This document shows positions 18,261 to 31,790 of a stretch of 64,000 nt of DNA, piece by piece (the stretch's first letter is position 1; every line of letters starts with the position of its first letter). Made by a program: the position numbers and the translations under genes. The notes beneath the pieces are model-generated. The model made no database searches. It was not told the origin of the DNA and saw only the letters and a program-made list of their open reading frames with translations. Source of the stretch: the human T2T-CHM13v2.0 reference genome, Homo sapiens; the NCBI RefSeq assembly GCF_009914755.1, contig NC_060925.1; one strand, 5' to 3'.

Positions 18261-18668
18261 TGTTATGGGTTGAATTGTGTCCCCCAAGTATTCATATGTT
18301 GAAGTGCTAACCCTCAGTCCCTCAGAATGTGACCTTATTTGGAGATAGGGTCTTTATAGAGGTAATCAAGTTAAAATGAGGTCATTAGGGCATCTCTACT
18401 CCAATATGCCTGCTATCCTTATAAAGAGGGGAAATTTGGAGACAGATGCACACAAAGGAAGAACACCATATGAAGATGAAGATGGCCCTCTACAGGCCAA
18501 GGAGAGGAGCCTGGAATGGATTCCTTCCTCACTTCCCTCAGAAACAACCAACTCTGCTAATACCTCGATATTGGGTTCCCAGCCTCCAGAACTGTGAGAA
18601 GATAAATTTCTGTTGCTTAAGTCACCCAGTTTGAAGAACTTTGAATGGCAGCCCTAGTGAATTAGTTC
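18261..18668 (+). mobile_element. MLT1B-like MaLR LTR
   Basis: TGTTATGGGTTGAATTGTGTCCCC..GAATGTGACCTTATTTGGAGATAGGGTCTTT..CCAGCCTCCAGAACTGTGAGAAGATAAATTTCTGTTG. Confidence 0.8.
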
Positions 18669-20439
18669 AATTGCCTCTGGCAAATGAATAAGAAGCTCAC
18701 TGCAAAAATGAAATTAATCCACCGAGTGCTAGAGTTGGACGGGATCTCAGAAAATGTATTGCACAATCCCCTTGTTTTGAAATAAATGCCCAAGGTCACA
18801 CAGCAAGTTGGTGACTTAGTCACTCTTTTAGCTCAACTTTCAGTCCATCAATGTTCTATCACAGTCTGCCAACTATTTCAAAGATGGTGGCAAAATCAGC
18901 CAATGATGGTGATTAGATCCAAAACTTAGTTGCAAATAATTTTTCGGGGAACTATATGCAAGCATAGGTCCTTCCTAAATATTTGCTAATGGAAGCATGT
19001 GCTAAATAGGATGCCTACCAGAAGACTGATACCCAGCAGAATAGCTAGACAGGTAATTTGACCTCTGGCTGGGCCCGTAGGATTCATCATCCCTCCAGAC
19101 AAGCACTTGGTTGTGGTAAAGATCTGGCTCTGGTTGGAAGGCTGTCCCATCCCACTGAGGGTGATTCACCAGAGCAACTTAATCATCTATGGATCAGAAG
19201 CTCAGGTTCATGTGAGCAGGGTGGGGGTTAAGGGAAAGAGAGTCTGAGTAATGCTTCACAGTGGGTGTGGGGACTTGTTATAATAGTAGGCACGCTGTTG
19301 ATTACAGTACATGACAGAAGTAATTGCCAGAGATCCCAAACCAGCCATCACCTAGCATTAGAGATGTATCTAATATCAGACAGAAAGCCTAGTTTCAACT
19401 CTGCAGCAGAGGCCTTTGAAAAGTCTCCAGAAGTAATTGGCACTTAATCAATGCAATCATTATTACAGCACATGGCTACTGCAGCTTCAGGCCCTCTTGC
19501 AACCACTGAACTGCAAAAGAGGAGACTATGTCTGTAGAATTTTACCACCAACACAACATTTGATTCACAATCTCAGACTAGATAGGAGTGAACATATTTT
19601 CATATTTATATATTTTAGAAATACAGGTTCACTGTCAATAAGAATTCAGTCTTGTATAAATGATGGTATAAACAGGGAGGGGCATTTTCCCTTTACAGAG
19701 GCTTAATCAGCATTAATTTTGAGAGATAGGAAAGCAAAATCTACCACAGGCTGTTAAGCATTTGTTTTTCATCTAATCTTCTCAACCCTCCATTCAATAT
19801 TTGGGGGAGTATGACTGTTTATCACTTGCTGAGATATGCAAGGTGCACATGCTGCTTATAATTAAGGAACAAAGAAATGTTGACTTTGCTCTTGGTCTTG
19901 CTTCATAAAGTGTTACCACTGGGCATCAAATTGGGTGTTTAAAGGAGAATATACCTCTCTTGGAGAGTAGACACGATTTTTAGGCCTAGATCGTCTCTTC
20001 TTTTCCCCGCAGGAGTTCGTAGTTAACTTTCCATCACTCTGTAAAAGGCAATTAGAAAAAAGAAAAAGCCCAAGTTCCCCTCTTGGCATCTTGCAGAAGT
20101 CTTTCATGCATAATGGATGAGAGGAAATGGGGAGAAAGAAAAGAAACATCCTGAAATTTAAGCACCCGTAAATGTTTTCATAGATGTTGGTAGTCTATTT
20201 CAGTGTTTTTCAAAGGATATTCCCAGATTACCCACTTCAGGATAAGCTGCATTGTTGACAATGCAGATTGCCAGGCCTCAATATTAGACCTGAATCAGAA
20301 TTTATGGGACTAGGACCCTGGAATCTACATTGTTAGCAAGTGTCTCCAGGGATTCCTGTATACACTGAAATGGAGCCTACTCATCTATCTTCCATAGTCT
20401 AAACAGTGCTGTGCTCAGTATCTCCCTCCCTACACCTCT

Positions 20440-21060
20440 CCCTTGTTAATCAAATCAAGTCTCTCATATTTAAATGTCTTTTTGTATGCAGATGGCTCTC
20501 AAATTTATATCCACAGCCCACACCTCTTCCCTAAAACTCCAGAATCCTATACCCTACTGCCTGATTGACATTTAATAGGCATATTCAAAAACAAACTCTT
20601 GAATTTTCTCTCCAAACTTGTCCTTCATCTCCATAAATAGCACCATGATTACCATAAAACCTTGAAGTCACTGTTGACTGCATCCTTGGCATCTTCCTCA
20701 CTTTCTCTCATATTCATTTCCAATCCATCAGAGTACTGTCAGCTCTACTTTCAAAATATGCCCCAAATCTTCCTCTATCTCAAAGACCAGATAGGAGGCT
20801 GCTATCAAAATATGATGTTTTGATTATATAATATATATTATATTATAGACTTGATATATTATATTGTATACTCACAGCTACACATTTGGCATTAGTGGAA
20901 ATAAATGAAAGATTTCAATCAATTCAAACAAGGACATGTTGGGATGGAATAGGGTATCGTCAGTAAAGAAACTGACAATAATCCAGAAACGGGCTGGTAA
21001 GTCTCATTTATCAGCTAATGTACACACTTCTGATAGCAGCCTCTTATCTGGTCCCACTGC
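20440..21060. mobile_element. L2 LINE fragment interrupted by a templated insertion
   Basis: CTCTCAAATTTATATCCACAGCCC..CTACTGCCTGATTGACAT..CAATCCATCA..CTCTACTTTCAAAATAT..TAGCAGCCTCTTATCTGGTC L2-type text. Confidence 0.6.
20870..21033 (-). repeat. Inverted repeat arm 2 (partner of 17566-17747)
   Basis: Manual alignment, ~93% identical to arm 1 in reverse orientation. Confidence 0.9.
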
Positions 21061-21142
21061 ATGTTTTCTGTATCAGCCAGAGTTCATTTGCAGATAACAG
21101 AAGCCATTCTAGCTATTTGAAGCAGAAAGGGATTCAAAACAG

Positions 21143-21600
21143 TTGTGGTAGATTGATGTTACAAAAATCCTTCCTGTTTCACCCACCTTTTTGCAATTGC
21201 CACAACTCCCATAAAGAGATGAAGTCTATTTTTCTCTCCTTGTAAATCTGGCCTAGCCCTCGGTTTAATTCTGACCAATGGAAAGAGGCAGAACTGATGC
21301 TGTGTCACTTCCAGACCTAGCCTTAAGAGGCTTTGCGGCTCCCACTCTCACCCTCTTAGAAGAAAGCAGCCGTCCTGTAAGGAAGCTCAGGCTAGATTAC
21401 TGAATGATGAGAGACCATAGGAGAGAGAGGTCTCAGCCTTTCAAGGCATCCCTGCCAAAATCCTAGACATATGAGTGAGACAAAGTAGGGCCACTGACAG
21501 CTGAATACACCCACATATGTGGAGCCAGGCAGGATCAGCAGAATTGCCCAGCCAAACTAAGTTTTTGGGGTGCTTATTACACAGCAAGAGATAACTGAAA
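21143..21600. mobile_element. MLT1-family MaLR LTR (subfamily uncertain)
   Basis: TGACCAATGG..GATGCTGTGTCACTTCCAGACCTAGCCTTAAGAGG..GAATTGCCCAGCCAAAC..ACAGCAAGAGATAACTGAAA. Confidence 0.55.
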
Positions 21601-22004
21601 TGTCACTAAATTTAGGGATTGCAAAACCATTGGAGGGTTGGTGGGGCAGGCTGTAAATGTGGCCTCCAGGAATGACTCACAGAATAACACCACAGAACTG
21701 GCCTGTTAGAAGAATCGCCGTTCCTACCATAGTCTGAAAGCTAAGGATCAAGAAGCCATCAACCACTTTCTAGCTTCAGAAACACACTATCTTAGTCATG
21801 CTCTGGACATCAGGAAGTCTCCACAAGTCTGTTGGCTTCAGAATCATACCACAGATCAATTTTAGATAGCAAAATGGATAAAGTGCTGTGACCACCTTTT
21901 CCCCACTGAAGTTTGTTCTGAAATCAAGACTTATGCAAATGCATATAACTAGCAAAAAGTAAATTATATAAACCCCTAGCTGCAAGAGAATCTTTTTAGC
22001 TTTT

Positions 22005-22309
22005 TTATTTTTTATGTTTATTTTTTGTGGCAGGGTCTTGCTCTGTTGCCTAGGCTGGAATGCATTGGTGCAAACATGACTCACTGCAGCCTTGAGCTTC
22101 TGGGCTCAGACCTTCCTCCCACCTCAGCCTCCCATGTAGTTGGGACCACATGTGCATGTCACCATGCCCCGCTAATTTCTTGATTTTTTCTAGAGACTGG
22201 GGTCTCACTTTGTTGCCCTGAATGGTCTCGAACTCCTGGGCTCAAGCAATCCTCCTGTCTTGGACTCCCAAAGTGTGGGATTAACAGGCATGAGCTACCG
22301 CACCCAGCC
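22005..22309 (-). mobile_element. AluJ-type SINE
   Basis: Antisense Alu with T-rich tail. Confidence 0.85.
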
Positions 22310-23922
22310 CACTTTTAGCTTTTTGGCCTAGGCACTGTGGGTAGGCATAGAAGAAAGAATTTTTTAAAAAATGCTTTGTTCACTGCGTAACACTCACAAT
22401 AGTGTTCACACAAAAGAGATGCTCATTAAATATTTGTTAAATGATTGAACTAAAGTTTGATAAAGCAAAGGCATAACTTAGAAATGACTGTCTCTAGTTC
22501 GCCCAAAGTATGAAATTCTGTATGCCTAAAACTCTCTTTCAGTAATTCTCTTTTATGAATATATTCTGGAATATCAAGAAAGATCTAGGATTCAGGATTT
22601 TTTTCAGCCCAATATTTACCATCTTTACTATAAGTGTACAACCATCCCAAGTCAGACAAGCTGAGTCTATTTGGGTTTTTTTTGTAATAAATTTTAATTG
22701 GAAAAGATGAATTTGGGAGAATGGGAAGAAGGTTTTGAAGGGCAAGCCCTTCAGTCATTTCTGCTTCCTATGGCTTTGGCCACCATCTCACTTTGAGGGC
22801 TTGTTCTTCAGGATACTGACAGCTTGATTTCTCTGAGTAATGTCACACAAAGGAAATTAGCTCAGTATGTCTTCTACTGAATTCCATCTGTAGCTCAATG
22901 TTTGAAGGTATTTGTGAACATGACTACAGAGCAATTTTGATAAGACAAGGCAATGTTCCAGTCTCTGAGAATATTTTCCCCAAAGAACTATTTTTTAAAA
23001 TACCACTGAACAGCCTGAAAACGCACCCACACATGAGCAATCTCCTGCAATATACAGAAAGCTTTTCAGGTGTCACAGCCATAATAGCAGGTGGTTCCTT
23101 TGGGTAGAAAAATTACGGCAAGAATATAGCGACAGAAAGCAAACTGTTTTGATATTCTGGGTACAACTTTCCCCAAGTGAATCATTCCCATATGCCTACT
23201 TTTACCACGGGCGCCTTTCCAGAGGAAGTGATTTGTGTGAACGGAGGTGTAGAGATGCATTCTGGTGGGCACACTTCATTGGTGCCCATATTTAGCAGAT
23301 CCAATTAATCGTCAGCTATTTGTCAACCCATTCCTCTGTAAGTCTCAAAATGCAAAATTCGAATATGAATTTGATACCTATTTTTGCTTTCCACATAACA
23401 AATACATAATCTTGTTATGAAGATTCAGTAGTGCTCATTTAAGGCAAGGCTGCTTCTGAAATTCCATATGAATAGATTTTTAAATACAAGCTTATAAAGA
23501 AGGCTGAGATTAGAGCAATTTGCAAAAGGCAGTCATTTAATTCACTTTTTATTATGAAATATTTGAGACATACAAATAGCTTAAAGAGCTTATTTACTCT
23601 GCTGTAAACTTTTGTTGCTTGTAAGATAAAAATCTGGACTTGTAAAAAAGACTTTGTTTCTAGATAGAACAGCAAAGTTGCAAAGTAAGAGTTTTGCATA
23701 ATTTTTTTCTTTCTCTATAGTGTATAAGACTAGCATTTTTATTGTTTACAGATAAACCAAATCTCCCTTACTGAAAAGGGTGATGTTGTTGTCCCCATCT
23801 CAATTTAAAACAAAAATCAACTAAGCTCTAATAGGAAAAGATGTGTACAGGAAGATTGCTAATGGAAAACTTTTATTTTTACATTTTATTTGTATTTAAT
23901 TTTTAAATTTTTATTTGTTTTA

Positions 23923-24297
<375 letters not shown>

Positions 24298-24829
24298 CTA
24301 CTTAATTCTGGGCTTTCCAAATCTTAGAGTGGTGTCATTTGCTAGCTGGGTGACCACGAACAAGTTCTTTAACCTCTCTGTGCCTCAGTTTCCTGATCTC
24401 TATGGGGAGGATAGGATCCATCAGTTAGGGGTTACATGTGAAGCACTTGGAACAATGCCTGGCACACAGTAAGCCCTCTATCAATGGTAACTCATTTTCT
24501 TCTTTACCCTCAACTAGAAAGTCAGCTCCACATGACAGCAGCAATTCTGTCTTGCTTAGTTCTGCAGCCCCAGCATCTATTTTGCCCATAGTAGGCACTG
24601 AATAAATATTCGTTGAACTAACTGATTAATGAAAAATAACTGGGCTTTGAGGTTGAAAGTCAAAGGAAATTTCTCCTAAGTTTTATAGCTAGTGAGGGAA
24701 AAATGGACAGCAGTTTAGAGTCAGGGAGGTAGAAGAAAACCCTAAACTAAGATGAGAAGCCTGATTGAAGTTCAGATTCTTCCAGCTCTCTGGGTATTGC
24801 AATCAGGATTTTATTTCTTAATTTGCTCA

Positions 24830-25140
24830 TTTATTTATTTACTTATTATTATTATTTTTTGAGACAGGGTCTCATTTTGTTACCCAGGCTGGAATGCAGT
24901 GGCACAATCACAGCTCACTGCAGCCTTGATGTCCCAGCTCAAGTGATCCTTCCACCTCCGCCTCCTGAGTAGCTGGACTACAGGCACGCGCCACCACACC
25001 TGGCTAATTTTTAAAATTTTTGTAGACACTAGGCCTCACTTTGTTGCCCAGGCTGGTCTCAAACTCCTGGCCTCCGGTGATCCTCTGGCCTCAGCCTCTC
25101 AAAGGGTTGGGATTACGGACATGAGCCACCATGCCTGGAC
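24830..25140 (-). mobile_element. AluJ-type SINE
   Basis: Antisense Alu. Confidence 0.85.
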
Positions 25141-26339
25141 TCTTTCTTAATTTGTAAAATGGGAATGATAGCTCCCAAGGTTATTCTGAGGAGTAAATGA
25201 CACTGCATGTGAAAGCTCTTAATAAACTGTAAAGGAATATACAAAAGCATGATATAGTTAATTTCTATCTCAGTAAGTTTTTCCATTGGATGACAATAAA
25301 GGGATTCTTTGAGAGTGTTGGAAAAAGGAATCTTTAGCTAAATATTTCGGTACTAAAAATATTCAACCCCAGAGGTACCACAGACATAGACTAATTTTTT
25401 CCATCTGTGCAGTTTAGGGTAGATTTGGCATACACTCAATACCAGGCAAGAAAGAAACTATGGTTTAGGCTGCTTTTAAAGTTAAAAAAAAAAAAAAGGC
25501 AGAAAAGGAAACTATTTCCTTTTATAAGCAGGAATGTTAAAATAGGGAAAGCTTTCATCGAGCAATTCACTACTGAATCAAGACTATTTGATCCATATTC
25601 TCACCTACCTCCCCTCACTCCGTATTTGTGTTGTGGTTAGTTGTCTTCTAGATCATGGTTTATATATCATGGTCACTTCCTCACTAAAGTTAAACAATAT
25701 AGATTATTCTTAACCAGCCACATGTGACTCAGAGGTCAAAAGAGTGTTCTTTTTGGGTAATCTCTCTCAATTGCTAATATTTAAGGACCTGGTTTTCAGA
25801 ACCATTGATTATTTAAAATGTATGTCTTTAAGATTAGGCTCCACCCAAGATGCCTCCTCAGAGGCTAAGTTTGAGGTTGAGAAACTAGCTTAAGGAGAAA
25901 GATAAAGTAGCAGAAATGTCATGGTGGGTGAGCTGATGACTCACTGCCCCTTCCTTGAACTGCAAGAATGACAAAATGGAAAAGGGGAAAAAAAAAGGCA
26001 ATGCCCTACTGCAGACCAGAGGCTCCATGAAACCCAAGAAATTCCGAGAACTTGAAGAACTACATGGGTTCTTAGGGTAAAGGCAGTAAGTTTAATTTCC
26101 ATGGTCAAATTGTTAAGTGCATCAAAGAAAGGACATTAGGAAAGCTAAACTTGATTATACTTTACCATCAGAGCCATCATCCTCAATCTGATCATTTTAT
26201 TCTCCTGCTTAAAAACTTCAATAACTCCACATTGCTACTGGACCAAGTCTAAACTTACAATCGTATAGTAGAATATTCTTCATAACATATAACCTTCCTT
26301 GTTAACTTCACCTTGTAATTAATTCTTTTTTTAAAAAAA

Positions 26340-26645
26340 ATTTATTTATTTTTTAACTTTTGAGACAGGGTCTCACTCTGTCACGCAGGCTGGAGCAGAG
26401 TGGTCCAATCATGGCTCACTGCAGCCTCAGCCTCCTAGGCTCAAGTGATCCTCCCGCCCCAGCCTCCCAAGTACCTGGGACTACAAGCCTGTGCCATCAC
26501 CCTGGGCTTATTTTTGTATTTTTTGGTAGAGATGGGTTCCCACTATCTTGCCCAGGCTGGTCTCAAACTCCTGGCCTCAAGCAATCCTTCCTCCTCAGCC
26601 TCCCAAAGTGCTGGTATTATAGGTGTGGGTCACCATGCCTGGCCG
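26340..26645 (-). mobile_element. AluJ-type SINE
   Basis: Antisense Alu. Confidence 0.85.
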
Positions 26646-27234
26646 AATTAATTTTTATTACATGTCTTGGAAGGTATGGGGGACAACTTAGAACTTCCCA
26701 AATAAACAAGATACTTTTAAATTCCCATCAATTTGTTTACACTATTCCCTCTGCTTAAAACTCTCATCCCAGCTGGCAACTCCTAACTGCTTCAAAGCCT
26801 GCCTCAAGTATCATTTCTTCTCAGTAGCTTTCTCAATTCCTATGCTCTCTTGCTCAATTCCCACTCTCTCCTGCTACTCAGAATGATTGCTCTTTCATCT
26901 CTGGGGTCATAGCACTTTAAGCATGCCTTTGTTAAATCACTTAACCCAATGAAATAAATGGACTCACAGAGTTCTATCCTTTCCTCAACTTACTGTGTAC
27001 TCCCTGAAGGCAAGTGTGAGCATGTCATTGTACAATTCTTGCCACACTATTGGAGAATAATACAGGTGTGTTGAATTGAATGAAATATTAAAAGAGGACC
27101 AAAGAATAGATGGATCTTCTAGGCCTAGGAATTATACTAGGAGTAGAAGGTGTATCCTAAATCCATGTATGTGATTCTGCTTTGGTCTTACCAGAGTGAA
27201 TGTAATTTGCTTTTATTTAAAAACAGTGTTGACA

Positions 27235-28036
<802 letters not shown>

Positions 28037-28426
28037 CCCTCAAACCACATTAGTGTCATGAATATATTTCTTTAGATAAAACTTTATTAATCAGCTTTCT
28101 GTTTAGAATTGGCTTTCCCATAATCCAGTTAACCAAAGGTAGTTGAGTAATTTGAAATATTCCCCAGCTGGAGTAGAATCACATTTGGGGCTTGCTTCAA
28201 TCAGTGCACCTCTGTCTTGCTTTTGCTTTTCAGAGAGACCCTAGGTCAACCATAGCCTTTGAAGGCATGAGCTGAACGGAAACCAGATGAACTCTATTGA
28301 ATTTTAAATTTGCCACATTTCCTAGTCTAGTATTAAACTTTTCTTCTCTAGTTGAGCAAGTTAACCAAAGAAGTATATATATATTTTTTCTCTTATAGAT
28401 TATGCTCACCTAAGAACTTGAGGTTA

Positions 28427-28452
28427 CAACACACACACACACACACACACAC
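28427..28452. repeat. (CA)n microsatellite
   Basis: Direct dinucleotide repeat. Confidence 0.9.
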
Positions 28453-29021
28453 CCCCAAAAAACCAAATCGCAAAACAAATTATTCCATACTCATTCCATT
28501 GGTTCTTTTGATGGCCTTCTGTCAGTGTTAATGGTTGGTGTGAAAGATTTTTGGAAACGTTTTCCAGGAGGGAGTAATAGCATTTCCTGAAGCACCTTTT
28601 ATCTTGGTTTATGGCAAATGATTCTTTCAATGCCCTCAGGTCACTTATACCCTAAGACCCTGCATGAGTTTATTCAACCTTCAAATCAGTCACTTCTGCC
28701 CTCATCTAGGGCACATAACAATGCAGTTAGTTACCCAGCAGGTATCCCGGCTAAGTAAGACCATAAATAAATCATATGAGCAGGAGCTTTTGGAGTCAGT
28801 CTTCTGTCTGAGCACCTCTAACCGGTTATGCTACCTTAAACAAATTACTTAACTTCTCTCTGTCTCACCTGATTTACCAGTTTTAAAAAAAAGGAATAAT
28901 AATGGTACCTACCTCATAGGTTTGTTGTGAGGAGTTAAACATCTAAAGCACTTAGAACAGTGTCTGGCATATGGTAAGTATTCAATAAACATTAGCCTTA
29001 TATTCTATACTTTAAGTACTA

Positions 29022-29102
29022 TTTATTTATATTTTTACATACAATATGTGGGCATAACAAAAAATTAAAGGAAGAATGGTCATTTTTAGAAAAAACTTTA
29101 TT
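29022..29102 (-). terminator. FAM72B: Candidate FAM72 polyadenylation signals (AATAAA at 29102-29097 and 29027-29022)
   Basis: TTTATT on the plus strand about 1 kb past the stop codon. Further AATAAA hexamers occur at 29177-29172, 29579-29574 and 29752-29747, so the site actually used is inferred. Confidence 0.55.
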
Positions 29103-30100
29103 TACAAAACCACAACTCAGTCTGCTTTGGTATTGACAAAATCCCTACAACTGAGATATTAAAGAGATACATTTATTTTAGAGTTACATAAAACCAGAAT
29201 CCAACACTACCCTACTTTCCTATTCCTTTGTGGCTCTGAATGCAGCTTTAAAAAAACAAAACAAAGCAAAGCAAAGCAAAACAAAACAGCTCTTTATAAT
29301 GTACAATGGCTTAAGCAAATCGCTTTAGTTTTTTTTCTATTTAAGATTTAGGACAGACTACTCGTCTAAAATTCACTATTTACAGAGAAGGTCCTAGGGA
29401 ACAGGATAACTTATTTAGGTTTAGCTCTCATAATACAATATCCATAATGGCTTTAGAAGAATGTAAATAAATAACATTGGTAAACAGCGTATACTGATAT
29501 TTTCTGACAAACTCATTTATCTAACATCATGCTGAGCAATCAAGAGGATTCCTCTATATATTTTAAATTTTAATTTATTCTATTTCCTGATTCACAAACT
29601 CTTGCTCCATGTTAAAGCAGTTATCACCAATAGAACCTATGAGAACCAGTGCCCATGGAAACCTAACAGCTTGTTTTTTTAATCCCCTATTAAAACTCAG
29701 TTGAACTTGATATATGCATGGTTGAAATATGCGTGGGTACTAGGCCTTTATTCAGGAATGTAAAATTAATGGTATCTGGTATCAAGTTGTAAGAAAAACT
29801 CCCCCAGATTGGGAGGTAACTGAGTGATATGTGAAAGAATCTTCCCGTCTGAATTTAAGAATACACCTACACTGGGCAGAAAAAGGTGGGGGAGAGGAAG
29901 TAGAAGTAGAGGAAAAGCACAACTCCACTGGCTTCAATCAAACTGAGGTAACTAATTAGAGACGGAAAATAAATAAATCAACAAATGCCCCATTTTTGTT
30001 TTCCAAAAAAGATCACTGGCAACTAACAATTTTAAAGTTGATCCATTAATATATTTTTAAATAGAAAAAAGTTTGTATATCATATATATCATAATTCCAT

Positions 30101-30244
<144 letters not shown>

Positions 30245-30374
30245 TCAGAACACAAATTACGAAACTTTATATGTTAATATTCTTATGTAAACCATAGTGT
30301 TAGCAGTAAAAAGAGTAGCTATTGAAGAATGTACTGCAAATAAAATTACCTAATATTATCCATCTAGGACATAA

Positions 30375-30681
30375 ATTTTATTTATTTATTTTGAGAGAAA
30401 TTCTCTCTGTGTTGCCCAGGCTGGAGTGCCTGGCAGGATCACGGTTCACAATCACAGATCACTGCAGCCTGAACCTCCAGGGCTCAAGTGATCCTCCTAC
30501 CTCAGCCTCCCAAGTCACTTGGACTACAGGCGTGTACTACCACACATGGCTAATTTTATTTTGTAGATACAGGTTCCCACTATGTTGCCCAGGCTAGTCT
30601 CAAACTCCTGGGCTCAAGCAATCCTCTCTCCTTGACCTCCCAAACTGTTGGGATTACAGGCATGAGCCACCATGCCTGGCA
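30375..30681 (-). mobile_element. AluJ-type SINE (FAM72 intron 3)
   Basis: Antisense Alu on the plus strand. Confidence 0.85.
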
Positions 30682-31298
30682 AACACTTTTTTTTAAAGGG
30701 CTAGGACATAAACATTCTTTAAATCCTTTTAAGCAAGGGCTTGAATTCTAGAATTTTACAGCTCAAAAGGCTCTCAGGAGTCCATTTACTCAAACTCTGC
30801 CTCCAGCTGCATTATAACATAATCACTATACACTGATAATTTTCTGATCTATTTTAATGATGTTTAAGAATGGAGATCTCACAAGATCCTTTTAGATTAA
30901 ATGCCTCTTTGGAGGGTTCAGGGAGAAGTCCTGAATAAGCCTCCTCATCCCTTCAATAAGCAGAGAAGTAGCTGGTGCCATTTTTCTGATTCAGAAAAAA
31001 AGCAAGGGTTCGGAGACAGTTATAATATGAACTGCAATCCTTGGTACCAGTGGGTTTCAGTCCACAGGCAGAGCTTTAAACTGAACTTTAGGGCCAGGTT
31101 GCAGCAGTCACTATAATAAACAAAAGAATAATCAAAAACTTCACTGAGAAAGAATAGTCAGATTTCATATTGAAGAATGAAGCACAGGTATACAGTAAAT
31201 GACTAAACATACAGTAGAGGATAATGACAAGTTTATTACTCTGGGCATATATTACATTATTAGTTAAAAACACTAAATGGAAAATAACTGACCTCTAG

Positions 31299-31790
<492 letters not shown>

